In this document: piece after piece, positions 55,201 through 62,866 of the stretch | Position numbering within the stretch: position 1 is the first letter of the stretch | Layout of the letters: every line of letters starts with the position of its first letter | IMG/VR virus record: IMGVR_UViG_3300006030_000030 | Coordinates: 1-62,866 of that record | Reading direction: 5' to 3' (one strand) | Length of the DNA stretch: 62,866 bases | From: a virus | Lineage: Duplodnaviria > Caudoviricetes | Notes under the pieces: generated by a model | Database searches by the model: none | What the model was told of the DNA's origin: nothing | What the model saw: the letters and a program-made list of their open reading frames with translations, nothing else | Program-made: the position numbers and the translations under genes

Positions 55201-56610
55201 GACTTTGCCGCACCTTTTGAAGCGCTCTTCAAAGGGCGCCAAGATGACACTTCGCAATTTGTCCTTGAGCGTCTGGATAACATGGAAAGGGTGGTCAACA
55301 AACGGTCGGAGCAGGCCAGTGCGCTGGGGGTGCTGAATGACAGGTTTGAAACCTTGGGGGCTATGGCCGCGGATCTTTTCCCACAGAAGCGGCTAGAGTT
55401 GCTTGAGCAGGGGGGCGTCTCCAGAGAAGACCTGATGGGCAAAGCTTATGCCAAGGCATTTGAAGAGGCCTACTCAGAGGCGGTGGCCGGGGCGGCTTTG
55501 GGCACCCCGTACGGCCGTGACATGATCCTTTCTTTCCCGAAGCCCGAGAACATTACAGACCCGCAGTTGGCAAACGAGTTCCTTAAGACCCGTGCGCGCC
55601 CCTACTTGTCTGGGAAAATACAAGAGATCTCGGCAGATGCCACTCTGCGGTTGGCAGTCGAGTTACGCCTGCTGAGAGGTTCAGAGGATGTCCGAGACGC
55701 ACTAAAGAACATGGCTGCTCAACGGCCGGAGATGGTCCCCGGGGTTAATCCGGACTACCGTGGGCAGCATACAATGGTTACTGAGAACACCCCCGGGGTC
55801 GTATCGTTCAGCCGATCAACAGATGTCCGCACCGAGATCCCGGGAATGGGGCAGGTAAACGGCATCTACCTGCATGAGCTGCAGTCGGATCTTCTGGATG
55901 ACTTGCGTAAGCGACAGGGCGGCATACCCCGTGGCGCGACGCAAGAGGAGTTGCAGAGGATCATCAGCACCACGCAGGATCAGGTGGAACCCATCTCAAA
56001 CAAGATTCGGGAGCTCAATGAGCAGCTTCAGGACATGCCCCCGAGATATAGCGAAACAGGGGCCACAGAATGGATGCTGCGTGTAAACGAGATCAATTCG
56101 TTGCAGAACAAGAGAGACGCTCTTTTGGGCAACCTTACGTCGGCTAAGGAACGACTGGACACGCTTCGCGAACGCGGACGTAGCCTTTCTGAGCTGGACG
56201 AGATTTTCCCCGGGATGACCACGGACTCCAAGTCAGTGCAGACGATGATGATCAAGGCAGCGGTGGCCTCAGCAGCGCAGCGCGGGCTTAACTTTGTCGC
56301 CCTGCCCTCGCAGCTGTACTCAGGCCAGCCTCAGTTGTACGAGCGCTTGCCTCAGAATGCGCGCGACGTGGTGAAGGACCTTGGCGAAGGCTTCGCGCTG
56401 CAGCAGATCAACCTTCGTAACCGTGCCGGGGAGTTCCCTGTGTTGGCCATCACGTGGGATCAGTCCACGGCCGCGGGCCGCGAAGGGTTGAACAGGGTTC
56501 TCACCCGTGGGGTTCCGTTCAAGCACGGCGGTGAAGTCACCACGCAGCCCGATGACTTGAAAAACCTGCTATCCTTCTTGGACAAAAAACCAGCCAGCAA
56601 ACGGAAATAA
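52225..56610 (+). CDS. Giant multi-module, probably internal virion protein
   Basis: About 1460 aa between terL and portal; modules bounded by xxxGG motifs; DALRHML..D..ND segment and ELQSD segment. Confidence 0.7.
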   Translation: MNARQMLAGLPVQMAEGGETWSPGDSLGRRRAIESGNEAGWLQAVADSAQRWMSNPGTAAEAYDAMVQSGIGIKDLLDAGVSQATIDQALSIPTSEAQKQVNRLTATSLTNTLAQNPNIAGELAARGAQDVYAQSRQFVENLQKDGLTDDERRYLQQVAAQQGWGFSDIRAAGVDPSILFKSFEAPAPVTPAPVTPAPVFPQPDPYTPVTVYDPNQFIRENAGADLYAKGQPALDTAFRESPVRTVSPVTGQYVYTPAASLRPATGSGFSFTPPVVTSRPRQLLDVAPTASASQLYAQSRQEQDRALRNAFTAAQIPLGGQDVYSWQSRLRSGDYISPTGAFDTTRFNQDFQSWAAGRGSGTSGTSGQPDAVAYDAMGNPIQPVDPMQLQPKMFLGFADGGDVRARELLDRLKKPEGAEEQVLGAEDTYAQAPGTLDFVSEKVGRGARALRDVVVNFTPLSKMEEDATRISLEHFPDSRQYGGESDALRHMLFQAQAVQRFGQPAAKALSLINEYGLAILESQPKEHLRMDLENDALGREIGLSDLSEEEKLQAILDLIGSGKAVVLNPQRKEFAKGGEASASPTPEELLAQIDRSMANSPASAQGTASSVQPDSVEQDSRSMLRRISDAFGQNVTAPVVGSMLDMTAGVGDLAQMGIKAGANKLGIETQPFTPVSSAIQESLGVAGYDPYSPAAIATAIGLPAAASLRAAGAAARASRPMVSEMAASGGRRRPAPGSAEEILMRLAPIVDKEASIYASSELAAMGAREVAPDNMTAEIAAAVAGGGAYNTLDNILSSSSRSADMGPANTARSQMAQIYQHIPTPERPFVGRLDSFIANDLNVGRISRDELLARMRGKFRGPELLRVERAFEGVDPKAKLTPNEVLEKLQASYDPSDLELVTIRGDVPYKSMDNPWFGDEQSLGTQREQLTGVGEDMQGTIVLRRAGQPSQSTVDPEMVSAAENTYRELDRTGPMTADSPFVRGMIRPLSYEDFAAPFEALFKGRQDDTSQFVLERLDNMERVVNKRSEQASALGVLNDRFETLGAMAADLFPQKRLELLEQGGVSREDLMGKAYAKAFEEAYSEAVAGAALGTPYGRDMILSFPKPENITDPQLANEFLKTRARPYLSGKIQEISADATLRLAVELRLLRGSEDVRDALKNMAAQRPEMVPGVNPDYRGQHTMVTENTPGVVSFSRSTDVRTEIPGMGQVNGIYLHELQSDLLDDLRKRQGGIPRGATQEELQRIISTTQDQVEPISNKIRELNEQLQDMPPRYSETGATEWMLRVNEINSLQNKRDALLGNLTSAKERLDTLRERGRSLSELDEIFPGMTTDSKSVQTMMIKAAVASAAQRGLNFVALPSQLYSGQPQLYERLPQNARDVVKDLGEGFALQQINLRNRAGEFPVLAITWDQSTAAGREGLNRVLTRGVPFKHGGEVTTQPDDLKNLLSFLDKKPASKRK

Positions 56611-56612
56611 CC

Positions 56613-59003
56613 ATGTCCTCCATAGACAAAGCACTGAACCTTGCTCCGGAAACTGACATCCTTGTGGTGGAAGACGCAGAAGCCCCTGACATTGAGATCC
56701 TGTTGGACGAGGAAGGCGGCGTAGAGGTGGCGTTTGACGCTGAAGCGGATGACGTGGACTTCTACGACAACCTTGCCGGGCTGATTCCGGACCAAGACTG
56801 TGCTCGGATTGCGTTGGACATGATGGGTTTTTACGAGGCCGACAAGTCTTCGCGTCAGGAATGGGAGTCGCAGTACTCCAAGGGCCTGAGTTTGCTGGGC
56901 TTCCGCATGGAAGAGCGCACTCAACCTTTCCGAGGGGCCTCGGGTGCAGTGCATCCGATGCTGTCAGAGGCGGTGATTCAGTTCCAAGCACAGGCGTTGA
57001 AGGAGCTGATGCCGGCCGAAGGCCCTGTTCGAACCAAGATCATGGGCAAAGAGACGCTGGACAAGGCCCAACAGGCCAGTCGTGTGCAGGATTTCATGAA
57101 TTACCAGCTCACCACGGTCATGAAAGAGTTCACGCCGGAGATGGATCAGGCACTTTTCTACCTTGGTTATGGTGGATCGGTGTTCAAGAAGGTGTATTTC
57201 GACGCTCAGTTGGGGCGAATGGTCTCAAAACTGGTGCTTCCGGACGACCTTTTCATCCCGTATGCCGGTTCTTCGGTCATGCAGCAGTGTTCCCGCATCA
57301 CTCACCGCATTGCGATGTACGAAAACGACTACCGCAAGCGTGTTCTTGCGGGGGAATACCTTGATGCGCTTGATTTCCCGGACGACAACAACCTTCCGCA
57401 GAGCGATATTGAGGCGCAGACCAACCGAATCGTCGGAATTTCGCCCACCACTGAGAACGAAGACCTCTTCCTGCTGGAATTCCACGTGTATTTGGACATT
57501 CCGGGGTTCGAAGACAAGGGGGAGGACGGAGAACCTACCGGGATCAAGCTTCCGTACGTCGTCACGCTGGAAGAAAACAGCGGAAGGCTCGTTGGAGTGC
57601 GTCGAAACTGGGAAGAAGGCGACCCGCTGAAGCTGCGCAAGGAGTTTTTCGTCCATTACGTGCTGGTAGAAGGCCCCGGAGCGTATGGCTTGGGCTTTGT
57701 TCACCTCATCGGCGGCCTTTCCAAGGCGGCGACCAGTGCACTGCGTCAACTTCTGGACTCGGGAACGCTTGCTAACCTGCCGGCGGGCTTCAAAGCCAAG
57801 GGCGCGCGCATCGCTGACGACAGTGACCCGATTCAGCCGGGCGAATGGCGTGATATTGACGCCGGCGGCGCCGAGTTGAGCGCGTCTTTGCTGCCTTTGC
57901 CGTACAAAGAGCCCAGCCAGACGTTGTTTGCGCTTTTGGGGTTCACGGTGGACGCCGGTCGTCGTCTTGCCGGCATCACGGACATGCAGGTAGGGGATGG
58001 AAACCAGCAGGCTGCCGTCGGAACGACGATTGCACTGCTCGAGCGTGGGGCGCTGGCCATGTCGGCCATCCACAAGCGTTTGCACTACGCACAGAGCCAA
58101 GAATTCGAGATGCTGGCAGCGGGCTTTGGCACGTATTTGCCCGACGAGTACCCCTACGACGTGCCGGGGGCCTCCCGGTACATCAAGCGTCAAGACTTTG
58201 ACAACCTTGTCGCGGTACTTCCGGTTGCTGACCCGAACATCTTCTCGACTGCGCAGCGGATCCAGCTGGCACAAGCTCAACTGCAGTTGGCACAGCAGGC
58301 GCCGCAGATGCACAACATGTACGAGGCCTACTACCGGGTGTATGCCGCCTTGAACGTGCGTGACATCGACGGGATTCTGCATCCACAGAACACGCAGATG
58401 CCCAAGGACCCGGCACAAGAGAACGCAGATGTCTTGGACACCATGCAGTTGAAGGCGTTTGCCGGTCAGCAGCACGACGCGCACATCCTGTCCCACCTGA
58501 TCATGGGACTTTCTCCCATGCTGCAGGCGCTGCCGCAGGCGGCCATTGAGCTGCAGAAGCACATCTTGGAACACGTGCGCATCAAGGCCGAAGAAGACAC
58601 CGAAGCGGAGCTCTTCCTGCAGTACGGAGTTGATCCGGAGGGCATGGTGTCTGACCTGCAGCGTGAGGGCATGGTCGCACTCAAGGCTGCGCAGTACATG
58701 CAGCAGGTTCGCGACATGCAGAACGGGCTGACTGGTCAAGGTGGGCAGCCTGACCCCGTAGTGATGCTCAAGGAGAAGGAAATTGCCTTGCGTGCACAGG
58801 TAGAGCAGAATAGAACGCAGGAAGCGCAAGCGCGTCTTCAGCTGGACGCTCAGAAAGCACAGCAGACGATGCAGGCCTCTCGGGAAAGGATTCAGTCTCA
58901 AGAGAAGATTGCTCAGACAAGAGCCGACACAGCGCAGCAACGTATTGTTGCGGCAGACTTCATGCAGCGGAGACGAGACAATGCCACTCAAAAAAGGCAG
59001 TAG
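56613..59003 (+). CDS. Portal protein
   Basis: 796 aa; HPMLSEAVIQFQAQA, GSVFKKVY, VGTTIALLE; Q-rich coiled-coil C-terminus. Confidence 0.85.
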   Translation: MSSIDKALNLAPETDILVVEDAEAPDIEILLDEEGGVEVAFDAEADDVDFYDNLAGLIPDQDCARIALDMMGFYEADKSSRQEWESQYSKGLSLLGFRMEERTQPFRGASGAVHPMLSEAVIQFQAQALKELMPAEGPVRTKIMGKETLDKAQQASRVQDFMNYQLTTVMKEFTPEMDQALFYLGYGGSVFKKVYFDAQLGRMVSKLVLPDDLFIPYAGSSVMQQCSRITHRIAMYENDYRKRVLAGEYLDALDFPDDNNLPQSDIEAQTNRIVGISPTTENEDLFLLEFHVYLDIPGFEDKGEDGEPTGIKLPYVVTLEENSGRLVGVRRNWEEGDPLKLRKEFFVHYVLVEGPGAYGLGFVHLIGGLSKAATSALRQLLDSGTLANLPAGFKAKGARIADDSDPIQPGEWRDIDAGGAELSASLLPLPYKEPSQTLFALLGFTVDAGRRLAGITDMQVGDGNQQAAVGTTIALLERGALAMSAIHKRLHYAQSQEFEMLAAGFGTYLPDEYPYDVPGASRYIKRQDFDNLVAVLPVADPNIFSTAQRIQLAQAQLQLAQQAPQMHNMYEAYYRVYAALNVRDIDGILHPQNTQMPKDPAQENADVLDTMQLKAFAGQQHDAHILSHLIMGLSPMLQALPQAAIELQKHILEHVRIKAEEDTEAELFLQYGVDPEGMVSDLQREGMVALKAAQYMQQVRDMQNGLTGQGGQPDPVVMLKEKEIALRAQVEQNRTQEAQARLQLDAQKAQQTMQASRERIQSQEKIAQTRADTAQQRIVAADFMQRRRDNATQKRQ

Positions 59004-59250
59004 CAAAAAGGTTATCAGCGAAAACATCGGCGAGATGGTAGGAAAGTACAAGCGTACTGGCACCATCGGCACCAGCAAGCCGTCTAGCGCGAAGAAGGCT
59101 GCTGCTCAGGCAGCGGCCATCGCCTACGAGGAAGCTGGGAAGTCCAAGAAGCCGAAGATGGCAGCCAAGGGGGGCGAGATGAAAAAGCCCAAGGGCGCAT
59201 TCATGATGGTCAAGCGCCGAGACGCGGATCAGAAAACAGCGATCTATTAA
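58981..59250 (+). CDS. Small basic protein (MPLKKGSSKKVIS.NI)
   Basis: ATG 58981; K/A-rich; AKGG motif. Confidence 0.7.
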   Translation: MPLKKGSSKKVISENIGEMVGKYKRTGTIGTSKPSSAKKAAAQAAAIAYEEAGKSKKPKMAAKGGEMKKPKGAFMMVKRRDADQKTAIY

Positions 59251-59303
59251 GCAGGCCGGTTTTCGGGAGGCACCTCAAGTCCTCCCGCTTTCATGGGAAC
59301 TCC

Positions 59304-59495
59304 ATGCGTACACTTGCAGAAAGCATATTGCGTGAGCTTGAAAAGACGATTCGCGACACTGAAAGCATGGTGTTGGGCGGTGGCGTGACTGACATGGAGC
59401 GCTATCGTTTCCTTATGGGCCGTCTTGAGGGGTTACGATTCTCGCAGCAGTCCGTGAAAGACATTTTGAAAAGACAGGCTGACGAAGAGTTTTAA
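59304..59495 (+). CDS. Conserved small head-module protein
   Basis: 63 aa; DMERYRFLMGRLEGL. Confidence 0.7.
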   Translation: MRTLAESILRELEKTIRDTESMVLGGGVTDMERYRFLMGRLEGLRFSQQSVKDILKRQADEEF

Positions 59496-59518
59496 CCACC
59501 AAGGGTCCAAGGAGCACT

Positions 59519-59986
59519 ATGACCACTGAAGCACTCACCGCGTTGGAAAAGAAACGTATGTTGAAGGCGGCCGAAGAAGAAAAAAGGCCGAAGAACTTTG
59601 GCGATGTTTTTAGCGCCGAGGGGAAACTCGACAATGCTGTTCTAGAGTCCTCTCTTTCTATGATCCCCTCCCCCACCGGGTGGCGGATCGCTGTGCTTCC
59701 CTACCGAGGCGCACAGCTTACGAAAGGGGGGATTGCCCTTACACGAGAAACACAAGACAAGGCGGCGATAGCTACCACCTGTGCTTATGTTTTGAAGGTT
59801 GGCCCGCTGGCTTACCGGGATGAGTCAAAGTTCCCGGACGGTCCGTGGTGCAAGGAGGGGGATTGGGTCATCTTTGGCAGATATGCCGGAGCGCGGATCC
59901 ATATTGATGGCGGAGAGATCAGGTTCCTGAACGATGACGAGATCATCGGCAAGGTGAACAGCCCTGATGACGTGTTGCATTTCTAA
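59519..59986 (+). CDS. groES: GroES-like co-chaperonin
   Basis: PTGWRI.V, TKGGI.L, VLKVGP, GDWVIFGRYAG, LNDDEI. Confidence 0.88.
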   Translation: MTTEALTALEKKRMLKAAEEEKRPKNFGDVFSAEGKLDNAVLESSLSMIPSPTGWRIAVLPYRGAQLTKGGIALTRETQDKAAIATTCAYVLKVGPLAYRDESKFPDGPWCKEGDWVIFGRYAGARIHIDGGEIRFLNDDEIIGKVNSPDDVLHF

Positions 59987-59996
59987 GGAGACGAGT

Positions 59997-60914
59997 ATGT
60001 TGAGGCAAGAAGAGCAGTTGGAGTTTGATATCGGCGAGGGAGTAGAGCCAAAGACGGTAAGTCTGGGTGAAAACGGAGAAGCCGAGGTTCTGGAAAAACA
60101 GGAACCCCCGGCCGTCCTCACCGAAGAGGATAGCAACAAGGAGGAAGTCCGGGCGTATGGTTCGGAGGTCCAGAAACGCATCGACAAGCTCACCGCCCGT
60201 TTGAGAGAAGCGGAGCGTCGTGAAAATGCGGCGCTGGAATACGCGAGAAGCGTCAATGCTCAAAAGGAGACCTTGGAGCAGCAGTTCCGAGCTGCGGACG
60301 GCGCCCGCTTGAACGAAGCCAAAGGTCGCATTGAGACTCAGATGTTGGCGTTGAAGCAGGTCATCCGAAAGGCTCGCGAAGAGAATGACATTGATACAGA
60401 AACTGAGGCCCAGCAGCGTCTGGCTGCTTTGATATATGACTCTTCTCGTGTGGCGGACGCACAGGCTCGTGCCCCGCAAGCGCAGGCTCCTGTTGTAGAG
60501 GCCAAGCCAGCACAGCAGGCCCCTGCGCCTCGTCAGCAGGTTGAAGTGGATCCGAGGGCAGAGGAATGGGCCGAAAACAACCCTTGGTTTGGCAAGGATG
60601 TTGTGATGACCAGTGCTGTTCGTGGCATCCACATTGACCTTGTTCAAAATCAGGGATTTGACCCTAGGACAGATGAGTACTATGATGAGATAAATCGCAG
60701 AATGCAGGGAATGTTCCCCGACAGGTTAGGGAAGCCCGCCTCTGCGCAACAACCGACCAGAAGCAGCCGCCCCGTGCAAACGGTTGCCTCTGCAAACCGG
60801 GCAACCGGCGTTGCATCTGCACGCAGGCTCGTGAAACTGTCTCCAAGTCAGGTAGCGATTGCCAAAAAACTAGGTGTTCCTCTCGAGGAATACGCCAAAT
60901 ATGTGAAGGAGTGA
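59997..60914 (+). CDS. Capsid scaffolding protein
   Basis: Acidic coiled coil VQKRIDKLT; W...NPWFG; C-terminal IAKKLGVPLEEYAK. ATG 59997. Confidence 0.75.
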   Translation: MLRQEEQLEFDIGEGVEPKTVSLGENGEAEVLEKQEPPAVLTEEDSNKEEVRAYGSEVQKRIDKLTARLREAERRENAALEYARSVNAQKETLEQQFRAADGARLNEAKGRIETQMLALKQVIRKAREENDIDTETEAQQRLAALIYDSSRVADAQARAPQAQAPVVEAKPAQQAPAPRQQVEVDPRAEEWAENNPWFGKDVVMTSAVRGIHIDLVQNQGFDPRTDEYYDEINRRMQGMFPDRLGKPASAQQPTRSSRPVQTVASANRATGVASARRLVKLSPSQVAIAKKLGVPLEEYAKYVKE

Positions 60915-60916
60915 GC

Positions 60917-61408
60917 ATGAACGACGAAAGCCTGAGCGTACCGTCTCTTAACCGTGCAGCCCGTGGGTCCTCTACTCGCGACAAAACTGCACGCCGCAAG
61001 CCGTGGGCTCCACCTTCTCGCTTGGACGCGCCTCCCGCGCCTCCCGGATACAAACATCGCTGGATTCGAACTGCAGCAGGGAATCAAGAAGATCGTACCA
61101 ACGTGGCAGGCAAGCTCCGTGAGGGCTATGAGTTTGTCCGTGCTGACGAGCATCCTGATTTCGCTGCACCTGTCGCCGAAGACGGCAGGCATGCGGGGGT
61201 GATAAGCGTTGGCAATCTTGTGCTTGCCCGTATCCCGGATGAAACAGTCGAAGAACGCAATGAATACTACCAATCACGGGCTTCTGACCTGCAACGGGCA
61301 GTGGACAACGACATGTTGAAGGCTAATCAGCACGACACCATGCGTATCCATAACCCCGAAAGGTCGTCCAGAACTTCATTTGGGAGTTCGCAGGGCAAGC
61401 CCAAATAA
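60917..61408 (+). CDS. Conserved head-module protein
   Basis: WAPPS.LDAP.APPGY.HRWIR..LREGYE.VR. Confidence 0.75.
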   Translation: MNDESLSVPSLNRAARGSSTRDKTARRKPWAPPSRLDAPPAPPGYKHRWIRTAAGNQEDRTNVAGKLREGYEFVRADEHPDFAAPVAEDGRHAGVISVGNLVLARIPDETVEERNEYYQSRASDLQRAVDNDMLKANQHDTMRIHNPERSSRTSFGSSQGKPK

Positions 61409-61426
61409 CCTTCATAGGACACGACA

Positions 61427-62011
61427 ATGGCAAACGTAGACAAAGCATTTGGCTTGCGTCCTCTTGGTAACCTGTCCGCCACTGGTGCTCAGAAGCAGTA
61501 TGGCTATGAGATCGCAGACAACCAGTCTGGCGCGATTTACCAAGGTGACCTTGTCACACTATCCAGTGGCTACATTGTTAAATACGACGACACTCTGCAC
61601 ACTGCTGCGGTAGGCGTATTCAACGGCTGTAACTACACTGATCCCACCACTGGGAAACCCACTTGGAAGAACTTCTACCCGGGTTCAGTCAACATCACGT
61701 CCGGAGTTATCACCGCAGACGTAGTTGATGATCCCAACCAGCTGTTCCTCATCCAAGCTGACGAAGATGTTGTGCAGGCAGATGTTGGCTTGAACGCCAA
61801 GATTGCTTACACAGCAGGCAGCTCTGTTACGGGCGTTTCCGGAACTGAGTTGGATTCTTCCACTATCGCCAACACAGCAGCTCTGGTTCTGAAGATTGTG
61901 GGCTTCTATGACAGCCCGAACAACATTCGTGCCACCAACCATGTTGACGTTGTGGTTAAAATCAACACTCACCTGTATGGCAGCACTGGCGTTGCCAATA
62001 CAGCGCCGTAA
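61427..62011 (+). CDS. Putative capsid decoration/minor capsid protein
   Basis: MAN.D.AFGLRP..IYQGDLV..GVFNGC.Y, directly before the capsid gene. Confidence 0.7.
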   Translation: MANVDKAFGLRPLGNLSATGAQKQYGYEIADNQSGAIYQGDLVTLSSGYIVKYDDTLHTAAVGVFNGCNYTDPTTGKPTWKNFYPGSVNITSGVITADVVDDPNQLFLIQADEDVVQADVGLNAKIAYTAGSSVTGVSGTELDSSTIANTAALVLKIVGFYDSPNNIRATNHVDVVVKINTHLYGSTGVANTAP

Positions 62012-62023
62012 TAGGAGCTAATC

Positions 62024-62866
62024 ATGGCTATTTCACGCGCTCAACTTGTTAAAGAACTGGAACCCGGCCTGAACGCCTTGTTTGGTCTGGAATACCAGAA
62101 CTACGACAAAGAACACGCCGAAATCTACGATATCGAAACCTCTGATCGTGCATTCGAAGAAGAGGTGATGCTGTCTGGGTTTGGCGAAGCTCCGGTAAAG
62201 ACTGAAGGTGCTGGCGTCGCATATGACAACGCACAGGAAGTCTACACTGCGCGATACACACACGAGACCATTGCACTGGCGTTCTCGCTGACCGAAGAGG
62301 CCGTAGAGGACAACCTCTATGACCGCCTGTCAGGTCGCTACACCAAGGCACTGGCCCGTAGTATGGCTCAGACCAAGCAGATCAAAGCGGCAGCTGTGCT
62401 CAATGGTGCTTTCACCACTTCCGTAGGCGGTGACGGAAAGCCCCTGTGTGCAGATGACCACCCGACGCTGAGTGGCCCGAACCTGCGCAACGAGCTGGCA
62501 GTGCCGGCGGACCTTTCCGAGACGTCTCTCGAACAGGCTCTGATCGACATCGCCGCCTTCACCGATGAACGCGGTATGAAGATTGCGATTCAGGGGCTGA
62601 AGCTGATTATCCCGAAAGAACTGATGTTCACTGCAGATCGCATCATGAAGTCCACTCTGCGCGTAGGCACAGCAGACAACGACATCAATGCGGTTCGCAA
62701 CATGGGCATGGTTCCGCAGGGCTACACTGTGAACCACTACCTGACCGATCCGGACGCATGGTTTATCAAGACCGATGCCCCGAACGGCATGAAGATGTTC
62801 GAGCGTGTATCCATGAAGACTGGGTTCGAGGGCGACTTCGATACCGGCAACGTGCGCTACAAGGCA
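62024..62866 (+). CDS. Major capsid protein (Mu gpT-like), truncated by the window end
   Basis: Open for 281 codons from ATG 62024 (AGGAG RBS): MAISRAQLVKELEPGLNALFGLEY...GDFDTGNVRYKA. Missing from the ORF track because no stop codon is present. Confidence 0.9.
   Translation, partial: MAISRAQLVKELEPGLNALFGLEYQNYDKEHAEIYDIETSDRAFEEEVMLSGFGEAPVKTEGAGVAYDNAQEVYTARYTHETIALAFSLTEEAVEDNLYDRLSGRYTKALARSMAQTKQIKAAAVLNGAFTTSVGGDGKPLCADDHPTLSGPNLRNELAVPADLSETSLEQALIDIAAFTDERGMKIAIQGLKLIIPKELMFTADRIMKSTLRVGTADNDINAVRNMGMVPQGYTVNHYLTDPDAWFIKTDAPNGMKMFERVSMKTGFEGDFDTGNVRYKA

Noticed and set aside
57225-59078. 617-aa minus-strand ORF and similar long antisense ORFs (50532-52064, 16883-17956, 30135-31241)
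   Set aside because: They lie opposite well-supported genes, show no recognisable motifs, and are expected shadows of GC-rich codon bias.
1-62866. tRNA genes, integrase/repressor, stop-codon reassignment
   Set aside because: No cloverleaf or recombinase motifs were recognised by eye, and genes are intact under the standard code. A tRNAscan or HMM search could still find something I missed.

Overview
The window is a nearly complete, circularly permuted ~63-kb tailed dsDNA phage genome of podovirus-like organisation. It opens just downstream of the major capsid gene and ends inside it, so only a short stretch seems missing. Order: virion/tail genes, a sulfotransferase-glycosyltransferase fusion with an APS kinase, lysis genes and ejection proteins (1-26.4 kb); exonuclease and SNF2 helicase on the minus strand; SSB-like, primase, UvrD and PolA (28.6-35.2 kb); small accessory genes and two DNA methyltransferases (35.3-43.8 kb); a repeat/AT-rich non-coding region; TerS and a nuclease; a promoter/terminator-delimited gene cassette array (46-50 kb); then TerL, a giant virion protein, portal, GroES, scaffold and capsid. 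No integrase, repressor, ParA/ParB, tRNA, CRISPR or reverse transcriptase was recognised. Main findings: (1) a captured piece of a host integron array, with an M.PvuII-like methyltransferase, its C-box operator and an attC site but no C or R gene, splitting a phage gene; (2) a perfect chromosomal-type parS palindrome upstream of terL without any phage par genes; (3) a recurring [F/M/Y/V]-x-x-G-G motif across internal virion proteins; (4) a sulfation/glycosylation module among the tail genes; (5) an overprinted M.EcoHK31I-beta-like ORF inside the C5 methyltransferase; (6) genes bracketed by duplicated gene junctions; (7) a pseudoknotted RNA downstream of the capsid gene. All family names come from motif recognition and recall, not database searches.
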